Shown: positions 29,918 to 39,487 of the stretch, one piece after another
Layout of the letters: each line of letters starts with the position of its first letter
Position numbering within the stretch: the first letter of the stretch is position 1
NCBI GenBank assembly: GCA_963769425.1
Contig: CAVYLP010000003.1
Span: 288,001-352,000 of the forward strand
From: Candidatus Bathyarchaeota archaeon
GTDB lineage: Archaea; Thermoproteota; Bathyarchaeia; TCS64
Reading direction: 5' to 3'
DNA length: 64,000 nucleotides
The notes under the pieces: generated by a model
Told to the model about the DNA's origin: nothing
Seen by the model: only the letters and a program-made list of their open reading frames with translations
Databases searched by the model: none
Position numbers and translations under genes: made by a program

Positions 29918-30540
29918 CCCGCGCGCGTATAAATAAATTAAAGTACTGTTCTCATGGATAATTAAAATCATTAATGTAAAAATAAAATTCATATTAAATA
30001 TTTATCTTTGTATAATGCAATTCCCGTTTCTAGCGGTATCAACAAGAATTTCCCAATGTAGGTCTCTAAAAAATTCATATCTTGGCTCGTCGCGCCATTC
30101 TCTTGACATCACTAAAAATTGCGTAGTTACTTTTTCGAAGGCTGCGCTATAATGACTGTCATGATGGGGAGTCTCCACCAGAAAATAAGGAACATTTCCA
30201 AATGTGCACGCGCAAAACAGTTACCCGAAATCTCACCAGCGTCCCGAAGAGACCACTTCACCATCTTTGTTAAGGCATTTCCTGATGCCTTAGACTACCT
30301 CATATCAACTTTCGCCCACAGACACAACCAAGTAAAAGGCTGAGAATCTCGCACCGTGAGCGTCTGAGCAAGCTGGTAAGAACGAAGGGACTTGAATCTA
30401 TATGGGTTCAGGTCCGTAAACTATTCGGAAAAGCCTCGGTTCCTGAAGCATCTATCAACTATTTGGACAATAAAAAATGGTAACTCATTTAGGAATATTT
30501 TTTTATTGGCACTATGTGACATCTATAAATCAGGCGTTAT

Positions 30541-31899
30541 TTACTTGGAGTTGAGAGCTTTAGCAAGCTTCACAGCTATTGCGGCCACGTCTTCCGCGGA
30601 TTCGCCTACGATAGTCACCATCGCCTCTTTACCCCAGTCTCCAACGTGGTAGATCGCGTCGGGGACTTTACCCGCCCTCCTGACTGCCTGCTCCGCGCCC
30701 CAGAATGTTGTTCCACCTTCACGGTTCTTTATTTCCGGTGGCTCCTGTCTTCGGTCGTAAAATGATACAGTGAGGCTCATCTCCTCGAGTTTTTTGATGA
30801 TGTCTTCTCCGTATCTAAGGTTTATTGCAGCTCTCTTAGAGTCCTCGAACGACTTTACTGCAAGTATTGTTCGGGCCACGTGGCTCGAAGCGCCGAATCG
30901 TGGGCAGCCAGTCGCCTTCACTCCATGGCTCATCCTCACTATTCGTCCCTCGATCGCGGCAATGTCCTTGATTCCAGTGGCGTAGGGGAGTGCCATACCG
31001 ATGTTCATCTGAACCTCAGCGACGAGGTCCCTCACCTCTGGACAGCTTTCCAGCATTAAGACGGCGTTTTGTAAGTTTTCTAGGACTTTGTATCTCTCTG
31101 CGTCGTTGAACAGCTTAGCTGCTGGGTTGAGTGGTCCGCTCCCTTTCCCGATTCTGAGACTGTATTTTATCGAGGTGTTGACGAAGTCCTTGGCCTCTGT
31201 TACCGATTCGGTTATCGTCTTACCCTTTGCTAATCCTGCTGCAATTGCTGAGGCGAAGCTACACCCTGTACCGTGTGTATCCTTTGTTTGGTGTCTTTCA
31301 CCAACAAGGAGGGAGAACTCCCCGTCGTGCAAGAGGATGTCGACTGCTTTATCTGTCTCGAATATGTGGCCGCCCTTCACAAGTACTGATTTCGGGCCCA
31401 TAGACTGGATTTTCTCGGCGGCTTTCTTACCGTCTTCAATAGTTGTTACTCTTACACCGGAGATTGCCTCGGCTTCCATGGCATTCGGGGTCACTACAGT
31501 CGCGAGTGGGAAGATCCTCTTGATGAGCGTCTCCTTAGCCTCCGGTAGGAGAAGTGGAGTGTTGCTCTTTGAGATCATCACCGGGTCTACGACGATGGGG
31601 CATTGTAGTTTCTCTAGTTCGTCGGCGACTGCGCCGATTATTTCGGAGGTGTGAAGCATTCCTGTCTTGACCGCATCTACGCCGATGTCGTCCACGACTG
31701 CTCTGATCTGGGCTTTGATTGAGTCGATTGGCAGGTCGTATACCGACCTTACTTCGACAGTGTTCTGGGCGGTCACCGATGTAATCGCTGACATTCCGTA
31801 CACCCCAAGGGCCATCATGGTCTTGAGGTCCTCCTGTATTCCGGCGCCGCCGCTCGAATCCGAGCCGGCGATCGTCAAGCATCTATATACTTTTCTCAT
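30541..31899 (-). CDS. thiD: Bifunctional HMP/HMP-P kinase and thiamine-phosphate synthase (ThiD-ThiN)
   Basis: IAGSDSSGGAGIQ, VKTGML, THGTGC; C-terminal ThiN FGASSHVAR, GDWGKE. Confidence 0.93.
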   Translation of the reverse strand: MRKVYRCLTIAGSDSSGGAGIQEDLKTMMALGVYGMSAITSVTAQNTVEVRSVYDLPIDSIKAQIRAVVDDIGVDAVKTGMLHTSEIIGAVADELEKLQCPIVVDPVMISKSNTPLLLPEAKETLIKRIFPLATVVTPNAMEAEAISGVRVTTIEDGKKAAEKIQSMGPKSVLVKGGHIFETDKAVDILLHDGEFSLLVGERHQTKDTHGTGCSFASAIAAGLAKGKTITESVTEAKDFVNTSIKYSLRIGKGSGPLNPAAKLFNDAERYKVLENLQNAVLMLESCPEVRDLVAEVQMNIGMALPYATGIKDIAAIEGRIVRMSHGVKATGCPRFGASSHVARTILAVKSFEDSKRAAINLRYGEDIIKKLEEMSLTVSFYDRRQEPPEIKNREGGTTFWGAEQAVRRAGKVPDAIYHVGDWGKEAMVTIVGESAEDVAAIAVKLAKALNSK

Positions 31900-31978
31900 G
31901 GCTTCACATCCTCTTCGTAGCAGGTCGATTCGTCTTTCCTTAAAACCTTGACTGATGCGTGGATTAGGTAAGGGTTTG

Positions 31979-32536
31979 TCATAGTTGTATCACCATATCC
32001 ATTTTCTCTGCGAGGCTTAGAACCAGCTTCTTCTCACGAGTTGATAAGCCGGTCCCAAGGTCGTTTTTAAGTCTCTCCCCGAGGTATGCATTCACTACTG
32101 CTGTTTCAGCTTTGGAGATTGTGGCTCTGAGAGTGTCTAACTCCCCTTTCTGCAAGTACATTGAGGCATCGTTTATGAACAGCACTTTGGTAGATACTTG
32201 GTTGAACTCCTCGAGAACTTTTTCTATCCTGACTCTGTTAGAGTCCGCTATTGATAGGAGTTCGTCCGGGTTCTTAGCAGTAAGTCTCGGGGCCTTAATG
32301 CCCAGAGGGATTAGTTGTCGGACTCCCTTGACCGGCTTCTCCAGCAGTCTGCCTCCAATTGAACCGTTTTCGGTCAAGACCTTACCAGGAGCCATATCTA
32401 TTAGTGTAATCTCCTCGTTTCCTCTTTCAAGTGCCTCGTTGAGGAGTTTCCTCGTAAGGGTAGTTTTCCCGGACCCGACCTCGCCTGTGATCAGGATACG
32501 TCTCCCGTGGACGGTGTCAAACGAAGTACTTGTCAA
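31979..32536 (-). CDS. Small P-loop NTPase in the thiamine operon
   Basis: ITGEVGSGKT Walker A, LFIND Walker B. Confidence 0.8.
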   Translation of the reverse strand: MTSTSFDTVHGRRILITGEVGSGKTTLTRKLLNEALERGNEEITLIDMAPGKVLTENGSIGGRLLEKPVKGVRQLIPLGIKAPRLTAKNPDELLSIADSNRVRIEKVLEEFNQVSTKVLFINDASMYLQKGELDTLRATISKAETAVVNAYLGERLKNDLGTGLSTREKKLVLSLAEKMDMVIQL

Positions 32537-33101
32537 GGCCCGATCTTCTCAGCAGTTTTATGATCATGAGTCCCAAGATTGAGCCGGGAATGCAGCTGGC
32601 GGCGAAGGCTATCCAGAAGAAGTAGAGTGTAGCTGATCCACCTATGAGGGGCGACACAATCAGCGCGCTTACAGTGGCGCCTATCACTACCGTTCCGAGT
32701 GGCTCCGCCAACGCAGCGTAGTCCGTCTTCCTAAGGTATCTGTAGACGATCCCGACTATCAATCCTCCAAAGACGCTTCCAGGGTACGCGTAGATTGTGC
32801 CAACGCCAAGGCCAACACGGATCGTCGCCGTCATAAACGCCATCACAACGGCGTACCATGGACCAAGAAGTATACCGGCTATGGCGTTTATCATATGCTG
32901 TGACGGAGCCACCTTCGTCACACCAATGGGGATGCTAAGTGATCCCAAGACAACGCTTAGAGCCGTAAGAACGGCGGCGAGTGCCAGCTTTCTGGTGGTA
33001 GATTGTTTAGGCCCCGCATTTGCGGTTGGTTCTTTAACTAAGTTCATTAAAAAGTTGACTAATTCCAACTTCTTACTGATTGGACTCGATCTGTTTTCCA
33101 T
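32517..33101 (-). CDS. thiW: ECF-type thiazole transporter S component ThiW
   Basis: PSQHMINAIAGILLGPWY, AYPGSVFG, EPLGT. Confidence 0.9.
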   Translation of the reverse strand: MENRSSPISKKLELVNFLMNLVKEPTANAGPKQSTTRKLALAAVLTALSVVLGSLSIPIGVTKVAPSQHMINAIAGILLGPWYAVVMAFMTATIRVGLGVGTIYAYPGSVFGGLIVGIVYRYLRKTDYAALAEPLGTVVIGATVSALIVSPLIGGSATLYFFWIAFAASCIPGSILGLMIIKLLRRSGLDKYFV

Positions 33102-33103
33102 TC

Positions 33104-33190
33104 TTCTTCCTCCGCCGGTATTATCCGGATCAGGTTCTAAGGGTCGACGTTTACCGTCCTCTCAGCCGGGATGATTCCCAGCTCCCCTTC
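33104..33190 (-). ncRNA. TPP riboswitch (THI element)
   Basis: Minus strand GGGGAGC...GCTGAGAGG...ACCCTTAGAACCTGATCCGGATAATACCGGCGGAGGAAG directly upstream of thiW ATG. Confidence 0.88.
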
Positions 33191-33251
33191 CACCTTGAAC
33201 CACACGCGGTATTAGATAAGAATTACTAAAAAGTGGATAGTGCTGGTTTAG

Positions 33252-34274
33252 CTATTTTATCCTTCTCGAAAGACGCCTCGCGATCTCGGAGGCTGTCTGA
33301 GCTACTTCGATTGGGTTTGTCCCGAAGATGAAGATCATCGGCTCCTTACCGATGCCTCCGAGATCATAGATAACGGTCGGCGGTTCTTTGCTTGTTGAGT
33401 GTGCTTTCCTGATTCCCCAAGGTATTGTCATTCCCTCGGTTGTTCTCACGTCTGGTGGCTCGTCTCTCCTGTCGAAGTGGGAGACAACGAGTCCAAGTTC
33501 TTCACATATATTTACGGCTTCGGCGTCGTACTTTAGACTCAGAGAGGATCGTAGTGTGGGCTGGAGGGACATCATAGTGAGTGTTGCCCGGGCGACGTGT
33601 GATGACCCGCCGAACTCGGGTGGTCTGGAGGATCGTGGGTACCCTCCTATCGGGTGTATCCTGCCAGGGATCCCTACGATGTCTTCTATGCTGTCTGCGT
33701 TGTGCTTTCCGTAGGTTATATTCATACCAATTTCAGGTATTAATGAGGCTAGTTCCCTGCAGCCCTCTATTATTCTGACGGCTTGCCTCACCCCATCTAT
33801 TATCTCTGCGTCTTCACGTGATCTCTGCTTGAACTTGGAGTAGTCCTCTATGCAGACAACGCAGTTGATTGGCAGTTCCCCGTAACCGTCGCGGTGGATT
33901 GCACAGATCGGTCCAGTGTTCCTCAGTTCTATGCATAATCCACAGACTCTTCTGATTGCTTCTGTTTCGGTGAGTCTGCTGCTCATCCAGTCCTCTGAAA
34001 GGTTCTTTGCAAGTTCATCTATCTTGGTGACTCCTCTTAGCTCAGATCTGGTTCGTGGTTGGCTGTGTAGGTAGCTTGAGACCGCTGGCTGGGTCACGCC
34101 GACGATCTTTGCGGCTTGTAGTTGGCTAACCCCTCGGTTGACAACTAGTTCCTCCACGAGGGCTTTCCTCATGAGTGGTAGCAGCTGCTCGGTGACGATC
34201 TCGCAGGGTAGTCTCAGCCTAACCTCGTCTCGTGAGGACCTCTTCGACTTCTCCAGCCCATCCATGGCGTTCAA
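33252..34274 (-). CDS. thiR: ThiR-type regulator (HTH + Cys-rich linker + ThiN-like sensor domain)
   Basis: PCE..., SQLQAAKIVGVTQPAVSSY HTH; FGGSSHVAR, GKEPMI. Confidence 0.85.
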   Translation of the reverse strand: MNAMDGLEKSKRSSRDEVRLRLPCEIVTEQLLPLMRKALVEELVVNRGVSQLQAAKIVGVTQPAVSSYLHSQPRTRSELRGVTKIDELAKNLSEDWMSSRLTETEAIRRVCGLCIELRNTGPICAIHRDGYGELPINCVVCIEDYSKFKQRSREDAEIIDGVRQAVRIIEGCRELASLIPEIGMNITYGKHNADSIEDIVGIPGRIHPIGGYPRSSRPPEFGGSSHVARATLTMMSLQPTLRSSLSLKYDAEAVNICEELGLVVSHFDRRDEPPDVRTTEGMTIPWGIRKAHSTSKEPPTVIYDLGGIGKEPMIFIFGTNPIEVAQTASEIARRLSRRIK

Positions 34275-34283
34275 TAAACGATG

Positions 34284-34300
34284 CTATAAGCTGCTTATAG
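34284..34300. promoter_or_regulatory. Palindrome CTATAAG-N3-CTTATAG, candidate ThiR operator
   Basis: Perfect inverted repeat ~10 bp upstream of thiR; same motif at 36753. Confidence 0.65.
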
Positions 34301-34310
34301 TGCTTCGTTT

Positions 34311-35087
34311 TTATCTGACGAGTTCCTCGACATCTTCCCACCACTTTTTTCGGGTTCCAACTTGGCTCCTCTTCTCCCAGTTAGTCGACTTTGGTTCAGA
34401 ATCGATCCTTGAGACTATTTCTCTGACCTTCGTTTTCAGCTCCGCAGGTTGTTCTATCTGGGTTTGCGGATCCTTTTCGACAAGTTTTGCTAGATTCTGA
34501 TTTGCGTCGAACCAGAAGCCCCAGTCGTCGGCTAGAACTGATGCTATCCTTGTGGTGTTTATTGATTCAGATGCATCCGTGTTAGTGAGGGGATGTTCTA
34601 GTATGAGTACTCGGAGGTCCGTCAGGTCCTTCTCCTCCAGGTTGTGTATCTGAAGCTTGGACAAGATCAAGTCGGCAATAGTTAGCGTTGGGTAGTCTAA
34701 CTCGATTCTAGGTGGCGCTCCTTCCGGTCTGAGGTTTATCAGGTGGTTGAAGTGTAGGTTTTCGAAGAAGATGTCCACCGTGTATTTGCCCTCTGGGTGG
34801 CGGAACATGAAGCGTGACTCGCCAAAGTATGCCATCACGTATCGGTCGGCGATGTAGCCTGCATCGGTGAATAGTTTGTTCACCCTGACTCTGTCCGACT
34901 TGTAGGTCACCATATCGACGTCCTTCAGCACGTTTATTCCACGTTTTGGAGTACCTAGTCGATTGGTGTGGTTGTGGAGTTCGACGGCTGCGCCGCCAGT
35001 GAGCCTCAGCGGGATCTGCCTCCGCTTCGCCTCCTCGACTAGTCTAAAGGCGTCGTCGAGGATTGACTTGGAATCAGGGCTCGGCAT
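34311..35087 (-). CDS. Pol-beta-like nucleotidyltransferase-fold protein
   Basis: LTGGAAV and KDVDMV, later VDIF, KLQI...KD motifs. Confidence 0.7.
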   Translation of the reverse strand: MPSPDSKSILDDAFRLVEEAKRRQIPLRLTGGAAVELHNHTNRLGTPKRGINVLKDVDMVTYKSDRVRVNKLFTDAGYIADRYVMAYFGESRFMFRHPEGKYTVDIFFENLHFNHLINLRPEGAPPRIELDYPTLTIADLILSKLQIHNLEEKDLTDLRVLILEHPLTNTDASESINTTRIASVLADDWGFWFDANQNLAKLVEKDPQTQIEQPAELKTKVREIVSRIDSEPKSTNWEKRSQVGTRKKWWEDVEELVR

Positions 35088-35097
35088 TTAACAAAAC

Positions 35098-36714
35098 CTA
35101 TACTGGGGGTATCTCTTTGAACGCGAGTTCTATATCGACTCCTTGTCGGGCTCTGATGTATCGTATTATCCAGTAGATAACAAAACCCACTATGATCATG
35201 CCGAAGTTGAGGAAGAGGGCATAGGGCGTCGAGATTCCGAATTGGGGGTTAGCGATGAATATGTAAGCGATTGCTACAACGAAGGATGCCTCAATTACTC
35301 CGAAGATCGTTATCAATGGGATCCCGAATAGCTCGCGCTTGATGGGTGATGCCTCGTAGATGTCCCTCCTCCTGTAGGGTAGGAGAGCTGCTGTTATTCC
35401 CGGGAGGAACATGCAGCTGAACGCGGGGCCGATTATAGTGGAGAATAGGAAGGTCCAGAAGGCATCCGGGAAGATGGCGACAACCACGAGGAAGGCTTCG
35501 CTGATCAGGAATATTGCGAGGTTCGTGTAGGTCGGCGTGTGGAACCTAGGACTCACATCTGAGAGCTTACCCGGCATCAGTCTGTCCATTGACCAGGCGA
35601 ATATGTTGCGACTGATTTGGAGATAGATGACGACGGTGTAGATTAGTGTACCCGCGAGGGCCATTCCGAGGACGGCGAGGGCAGCGAGTATCGGGTTCTG
35701 TGTGACGAGTCCGAGGAATGCGGTTATCATCTCCAACGCGTTGCTCCACGGCAACCCCTGGGGGTTGTACGTTGCAAGGTAGCTGACCGAGGTCAGGAAG
35801 TTGTACCCGATCGTCTTGAATGCGTAGTAGAAGAGGAGTCCGAGGAAGAGCAGGTTGAATAACCCTGCGCCGGCCATGGATATGAGGTTCCGCTTTACGG
35901 AGCCGGCCTCCTTCACCTCGCCTGCTATGTATGCTGAGTAGAACGTCCACCAGACCGCGTTAGTTGCCAGGGCCAGCAGGGGCCAGTCAAACGTGAATTT
36001 AGGTGTTGTATATCCTCCCTGGTTGGCCGCGTCTATGATGGCTTGATATGGGTTCGCAGTTGTTCCGAATTGGCCACCGTAGCTGTGCATGAATGAGTTG
36101 AAGATTCCGACGAATCCCTGATTGCCAACCAGTGCCATTGAGAGGAGGGCTACGGCTATGCCGACTATCATGATGAGCCAGATCGCGTTGTTTACGATCA
36201 GCATCCTCTTTGTGCCAGATAAGGCGAGAAGCGTGAAGATGACGTTCAGGACAGAGCCGACGAGGAAGGACACGAGGGGGGTCATTAGCGCCAGTCCTAT
36301 GTTGATGATGCCTTGGTTTCCCAGTAAGTATCCGATTATATGGAGGCCGGGGCCGAGTCCGTAGAAGCTAATAAGGTAGAAGTTGAACGCGAGGAAGAAT
36401 GTCTGCCAGAAGACGAGGCTGAAGTTGAAGCCGAACCCGAGTGATGGGTGGAGCACCCTACTGTTGAAGACGTAGTCGCCACCTGACCGTGGGAACGTTG
36501 AAACTAGCATGGCGTAGACTATCGCGATCGAGAAGGCAAGGAGCACCAGCGGTAGTGCGGAGAGGATGTCTCCGCCGCTTGTGAATGTGACGGCGAATGC
36601 GTAGTTTCCAAGCACTCCGGCGAATGAGCTCGCGGATGAGTTATAGATGAATGTGTCTAGGAGGGATGCCTGGCGGATGAGTCCCGAGGTCTTTCTCGAG
36701 AAGGGACTGGACAT
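35098..36714 (-). CDS. APC family permease
   Basis: FSRKTSGLIR, PRSGGDYVF, AGEVK, FAWSMDRLMP, FKEIPP; 12+ TM helices. Confidence 0.9.
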   Translation of the reverse strand: MSSPFSRKTSGLIRQASLLDTFIYNSSASSFAGVLGNYAFAVTFTSGGDILSALPLVLLAFSIAIVYAMLVSTFPRSGGDYVFNSRVLHPSLGFGFNFSLVFWQTFFLAFNFYLISFYGLGPGLHIIGYLLGNQGIINIGLALMTPLVSFLVGSVLNVIFTLLALSGTKRMLIVNNAIWLIMIVGIAVALLSMALVGNQGFVGIFNSFMHSYGGQFGTTANPYQAIIDAANQGGYTTPKFTFDWPLLALATNAVWWTFYSAYIAGEVKEAGSVKRNLISMAGAGLFNLLFLGLLFYYAFKTIGYNFLTSVSYLATYNPQGLPWSNALEMITAFLGLVTQNPILAALAVLGMALAGTLIYTVVIYLQISRNIFAWSMDRLMPGKLSDVSPRFHTPTYTNLAIFLISEAFLVVVAIFPDAFWTFLFSTIIGPAFSCMFLPGITAALLPYRRRDIYEASPIKRELFGIPLITIFGVIEASFVVAIAYIFIANPQFGISTPYALFLNFGMIIVGFVIYWIIRYIRARQGVDIELAFKEIPPV

Positions 36715-36752
36715 TGGGTTATTGGGTCAACGGTTGTAGTTATAAGTAATTA

Positions 36753-36767
36753 TATAAGTGACTTATA
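36753..36767. promoter_or_regulatory. Palindrome TATAAG-TGA-CTTATA in divergent promoter, candidate ThiR operator
   Basis: Matches the 34284 palindrome; extra half-site TATAAG at 36741. Confidence 0.6.
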
Positions 36768-36780
36768 ATGAGCTGAGGTT

Positions 36781-37731
36781 GTGGCTAGAACCAGACTCTA
36801 CTTCGCGACGGATATACATGGCTCAGAGGCTTGTTTCCTAAAATTCCTCAACGCCTCGAGGGTCTACAAGGCCGATGTGATGGTTCTGGCGGGTGACCTC
36901 AGTGGGAAACTCCTCATACCGATTGTTGAGCGTGGGGATGGGTCTTATGACTCGACATTCATGGGAGTCCGCCGGGTCGTCGCTGGTGAGGAGTTGGCTG
37001 AACTTGAACAACTCATTAGTAGAGTTGGATCTTATCCATATGTTGTCAGCAAGTCTGAGTATAACGAACTGCTACACAGACCCGATCAGGTAAGTGAAAT
37101 CTTCCAGGGCTTGATGAGGGAGAGACTTGAGAAGTGGGTCTCTCTAGCGGAGGAGAGGTTGAGGGGAGCCTCAGCGGAGTATTACATCTCAGGGGGAAAC
37201 GACGACTTCCCATGGGTGGATGAAGTGCTGAGGAAGTCCCGAACCTTCGTCGATGGGGAGGGGAGCGTGATCCGGGTCATGGGAGGGCATGAAATGATCA
37301 CGTGTGGGTGGTCAAATCCTACACCTTGGGGAACGCCGAGGGAGACAAGTGAGGAAGATTTAGCTGAGAGGATATCACGCATTGCGTCCATGGTTGAGGC
37401 GATGGATGGATGCATCTTCAATCTTCATGCTCCGCCATTTAGCTCCGATTTAGATAATTGTCAGAGGCTGAATGACGAGCTCAAGCCAATATTTGTGGGT
37501 GGTCAGCCAGAATATTTTAGCGCAGGCAGCGAAGCTGTTCGCGGGTGCATCGATCGATTCAAGCCGATGCTTGGTCTTCATGGTCACATCCATGAGTCAA
37601 AGGGTATGATGTCGATTGGGCGAACCATGTGCGTTAATCCCGGGAGCGAATACGCGGAGACTATTTTAAGGGGCGTAATTCTTGATATCGAGTCTAACCG
37701 TGTGAAGAGTCACGTCTTTACTTCGGGATGA
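36781..37731 (+). CDS. Icc-like calcineurin-type metallophosphoesterase
   Basis: TDIHGS, AGDL, GGNDD, HAPP, HGHIHE, NPGS. Confidence 0.9.
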   Translation: MARTRLYFATDIHGSEACFLKFLNASRVYKADVMVLAGDLSGKLLIPIVERGDGSYDSTFMGVRRVVAGEELAELEQLISRVGSYPYVVSKSEYNELLHRPDQVSEIFQGLMRERLEKWVSLAEERLRGASAEYYISGGNDDFPWVDEVLRKSRTFVDGEGSVIRVMGGHEMITCGWSNPTPWGTPRETSEEDLAERISRIASMVEAMDGCIFNLHAPPFSSDLDNCQRLNDELKPIFVGGQPEYFSAGSEAVRGCIDRFKPMLGLHGHIHESKGMMSIGRTMCVNPGSEYAETILRGVILDIESNRVKSHVFTSG

Positions 37732-37747
37732 GGCTACGCGTAAGCGG

Positions 37748-38410
37748 TTGGAGGATAGGCTTCATAGAAGCGAGGTGGTCGCAGCGGTGGAGCAGATGGG
37801 TGCGACGGTTGCTCATAATCTTCGCGGTCCGCTGGGTCAGGTTGTTCAGGCTGTGAACATGATCAAGCAGGACCCCAGTTTGACTCCTCGGATGCTTCAG
37901 ATTATTGAGGAGAACTCGGTGAGGTCGTTGAAGATGATTGCTGATTGGAGGTCGAGCACTCGGGAGATTGTACCACAGCCGACGAAGACCTCTCTTCGTG
38001 ACTTGGTTAGGAGCGTGCTTGAAGGTTTGCCAGTCCCAATTAACGTGGATGCTCATACTTCTATTGGAGATGATCTTGACTCTCTATTGATTGATCAGAT
38101 GATCATGCACAGAGTGCTGGACAACTTGGTGAAGAACTCGGTCGAGGCGATGCCGAACGGTGGGAAGCTGGTGGTCAGCGCGGTGAAGGAGACTGATGAC
38201 CTAGTAATCAGGGTTGCTGATACCGTTGTAGGTATACCCGAGGAGTCAAGGGAGCATATCTTCTCCCCTCTGTATACTACTAAGACGGGTGGAATGGGGC
38301 TAGGGCTAACTTACTGCAGGAGGGTTATTGAGGCGATGGGTGGCTCAATCAACTTCGAATCCGAAGTTGGCGTTGGCACCACCTTCACAGTGATGCTGCC
38401 TCTGCAATAA
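37748..38410 (+). pseudogene. 5'-truncated sensor histidine kinase (HisKA + HATPase only)
   Basis: AHNLRGPL, NLVKNSVEAM, GMGLGL; G1 box degenerate (DTVVG); no sensor domain. Confidence 0.75.
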
Positions 38411-38500
38411 GTAAACCCACTTCTAGTTTAAACCGACCAGATCAACCTGATCCTTGTGGATTAACGGAATGAGGATGCTTTGCGCATGTGAGTATAAAGT

Positions 38501-38765
38501 CTACTTCTCGTCGTATTCTGGATTACTAAAAAACGATTCCTCTGCTTCCTCCGTCAAAAAATAGATGCAGTGCTTACTATCCCAAGATCGAATAAACATG
38601 CGATCATCCTCCGCTGAACGCGGTTTAATAACAAAATATTTCTTGCCTACCTCCTCTTCGAAAAAGATGTCCCAATAATGTTGCGTCCATCCGCTTTCGA
38701 ATGAAGAATGCTGGAAATAGATTTTTTTTAAATTCAGATTTACAAATTTCCTCTTCGTTATTCAT
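38501..38765 (-). pseudogene. Small hypothetical protein frameshifted in an A8 tract
   Basis: MNNEEEICKSEFKK then IYFQHSSFESGWTQHYWDIFFEEE...EK* in the next frame. Confidence 0.4.
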
Positions 38766-38959
38766 ATCGATCACACTTCATCCATCCCCTAACAATTTTA
38801 ACCTAAATTAATTTGATATCAGCATTTCAACGTCTTTATATGATATAGAGAAATCACCCCAAACGGGACTGGATATTCATGGTGTCAATTTTAGCGTGTT
38901 TTCATTCAATTATTGGGATATATAAACCACGGATCCTTCAGCGTTCAATGGTGATTTGA

Positions 38960-39352
38960 ATGGGAATGGAGGAGAAGGAGAAGAAGATCGGCTTCATAAT
39001 CGACGCGCTGGAGCAGCACATACCCCTGCTAATCCACAAGATAATCGACGAGTTCTACTCACCAGAGTCGGCGGGCAAGATCGGGAAGGGCCTGGCGGAG
39101 TTCTACAAGGCTCTCCGCGACGGAGGCGTTCCCGAAGGCGCAGCGGTGGAGATGGTGAAGGACTACGCCTCGAACCTGACCTTTAAGGGAATGGGGCACA
39201 TGTATCGCCCAATGTCCCCAATGGGTGGGATGATGGGGGGTCACATGATGGGTGGTCCCATGGGTATGAATCCCATGATGATGAAGAAGTACATGAAGAA
39301 GATGTGGCATGAGGGTAAAGAGGAAGAGCCAGAGGAAGAAGGAGAAGCATAA
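38960..39352 (+). CDS. Hypothetical protein with Met/Gly-rich low-complexity tail
   Basis: GKGLAEFYKALRDGGVPE helical core; MGGMMGGHMMGGPMGM; GGTGA SD. Confidence 0.75.
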   Translation: MGMEEKEKKIGFIIDALEQHIPLLIHKIIDEFYSPESAGKIGKGLAEFYKALRDGGVPEGAAVEMVKDYASNLTFKGMGHMYRPMSPMGGMMGGHMMGGPMGMNPMMMKKYMKKMWHEGKEEEPEEEGEA

Positions 39353-39487
39353 TCCAAACCCTCAACGATCTATTTTTTAGAAACAATTCACTCGAAAAAT
39401 TCTCCAAGGGAAAATCACGACTTTACGCCTCGCATGCTATTGTGGTCTGCCGGCGGGTGCTGGAGTACTGCAAGCCCACGACGCGCG

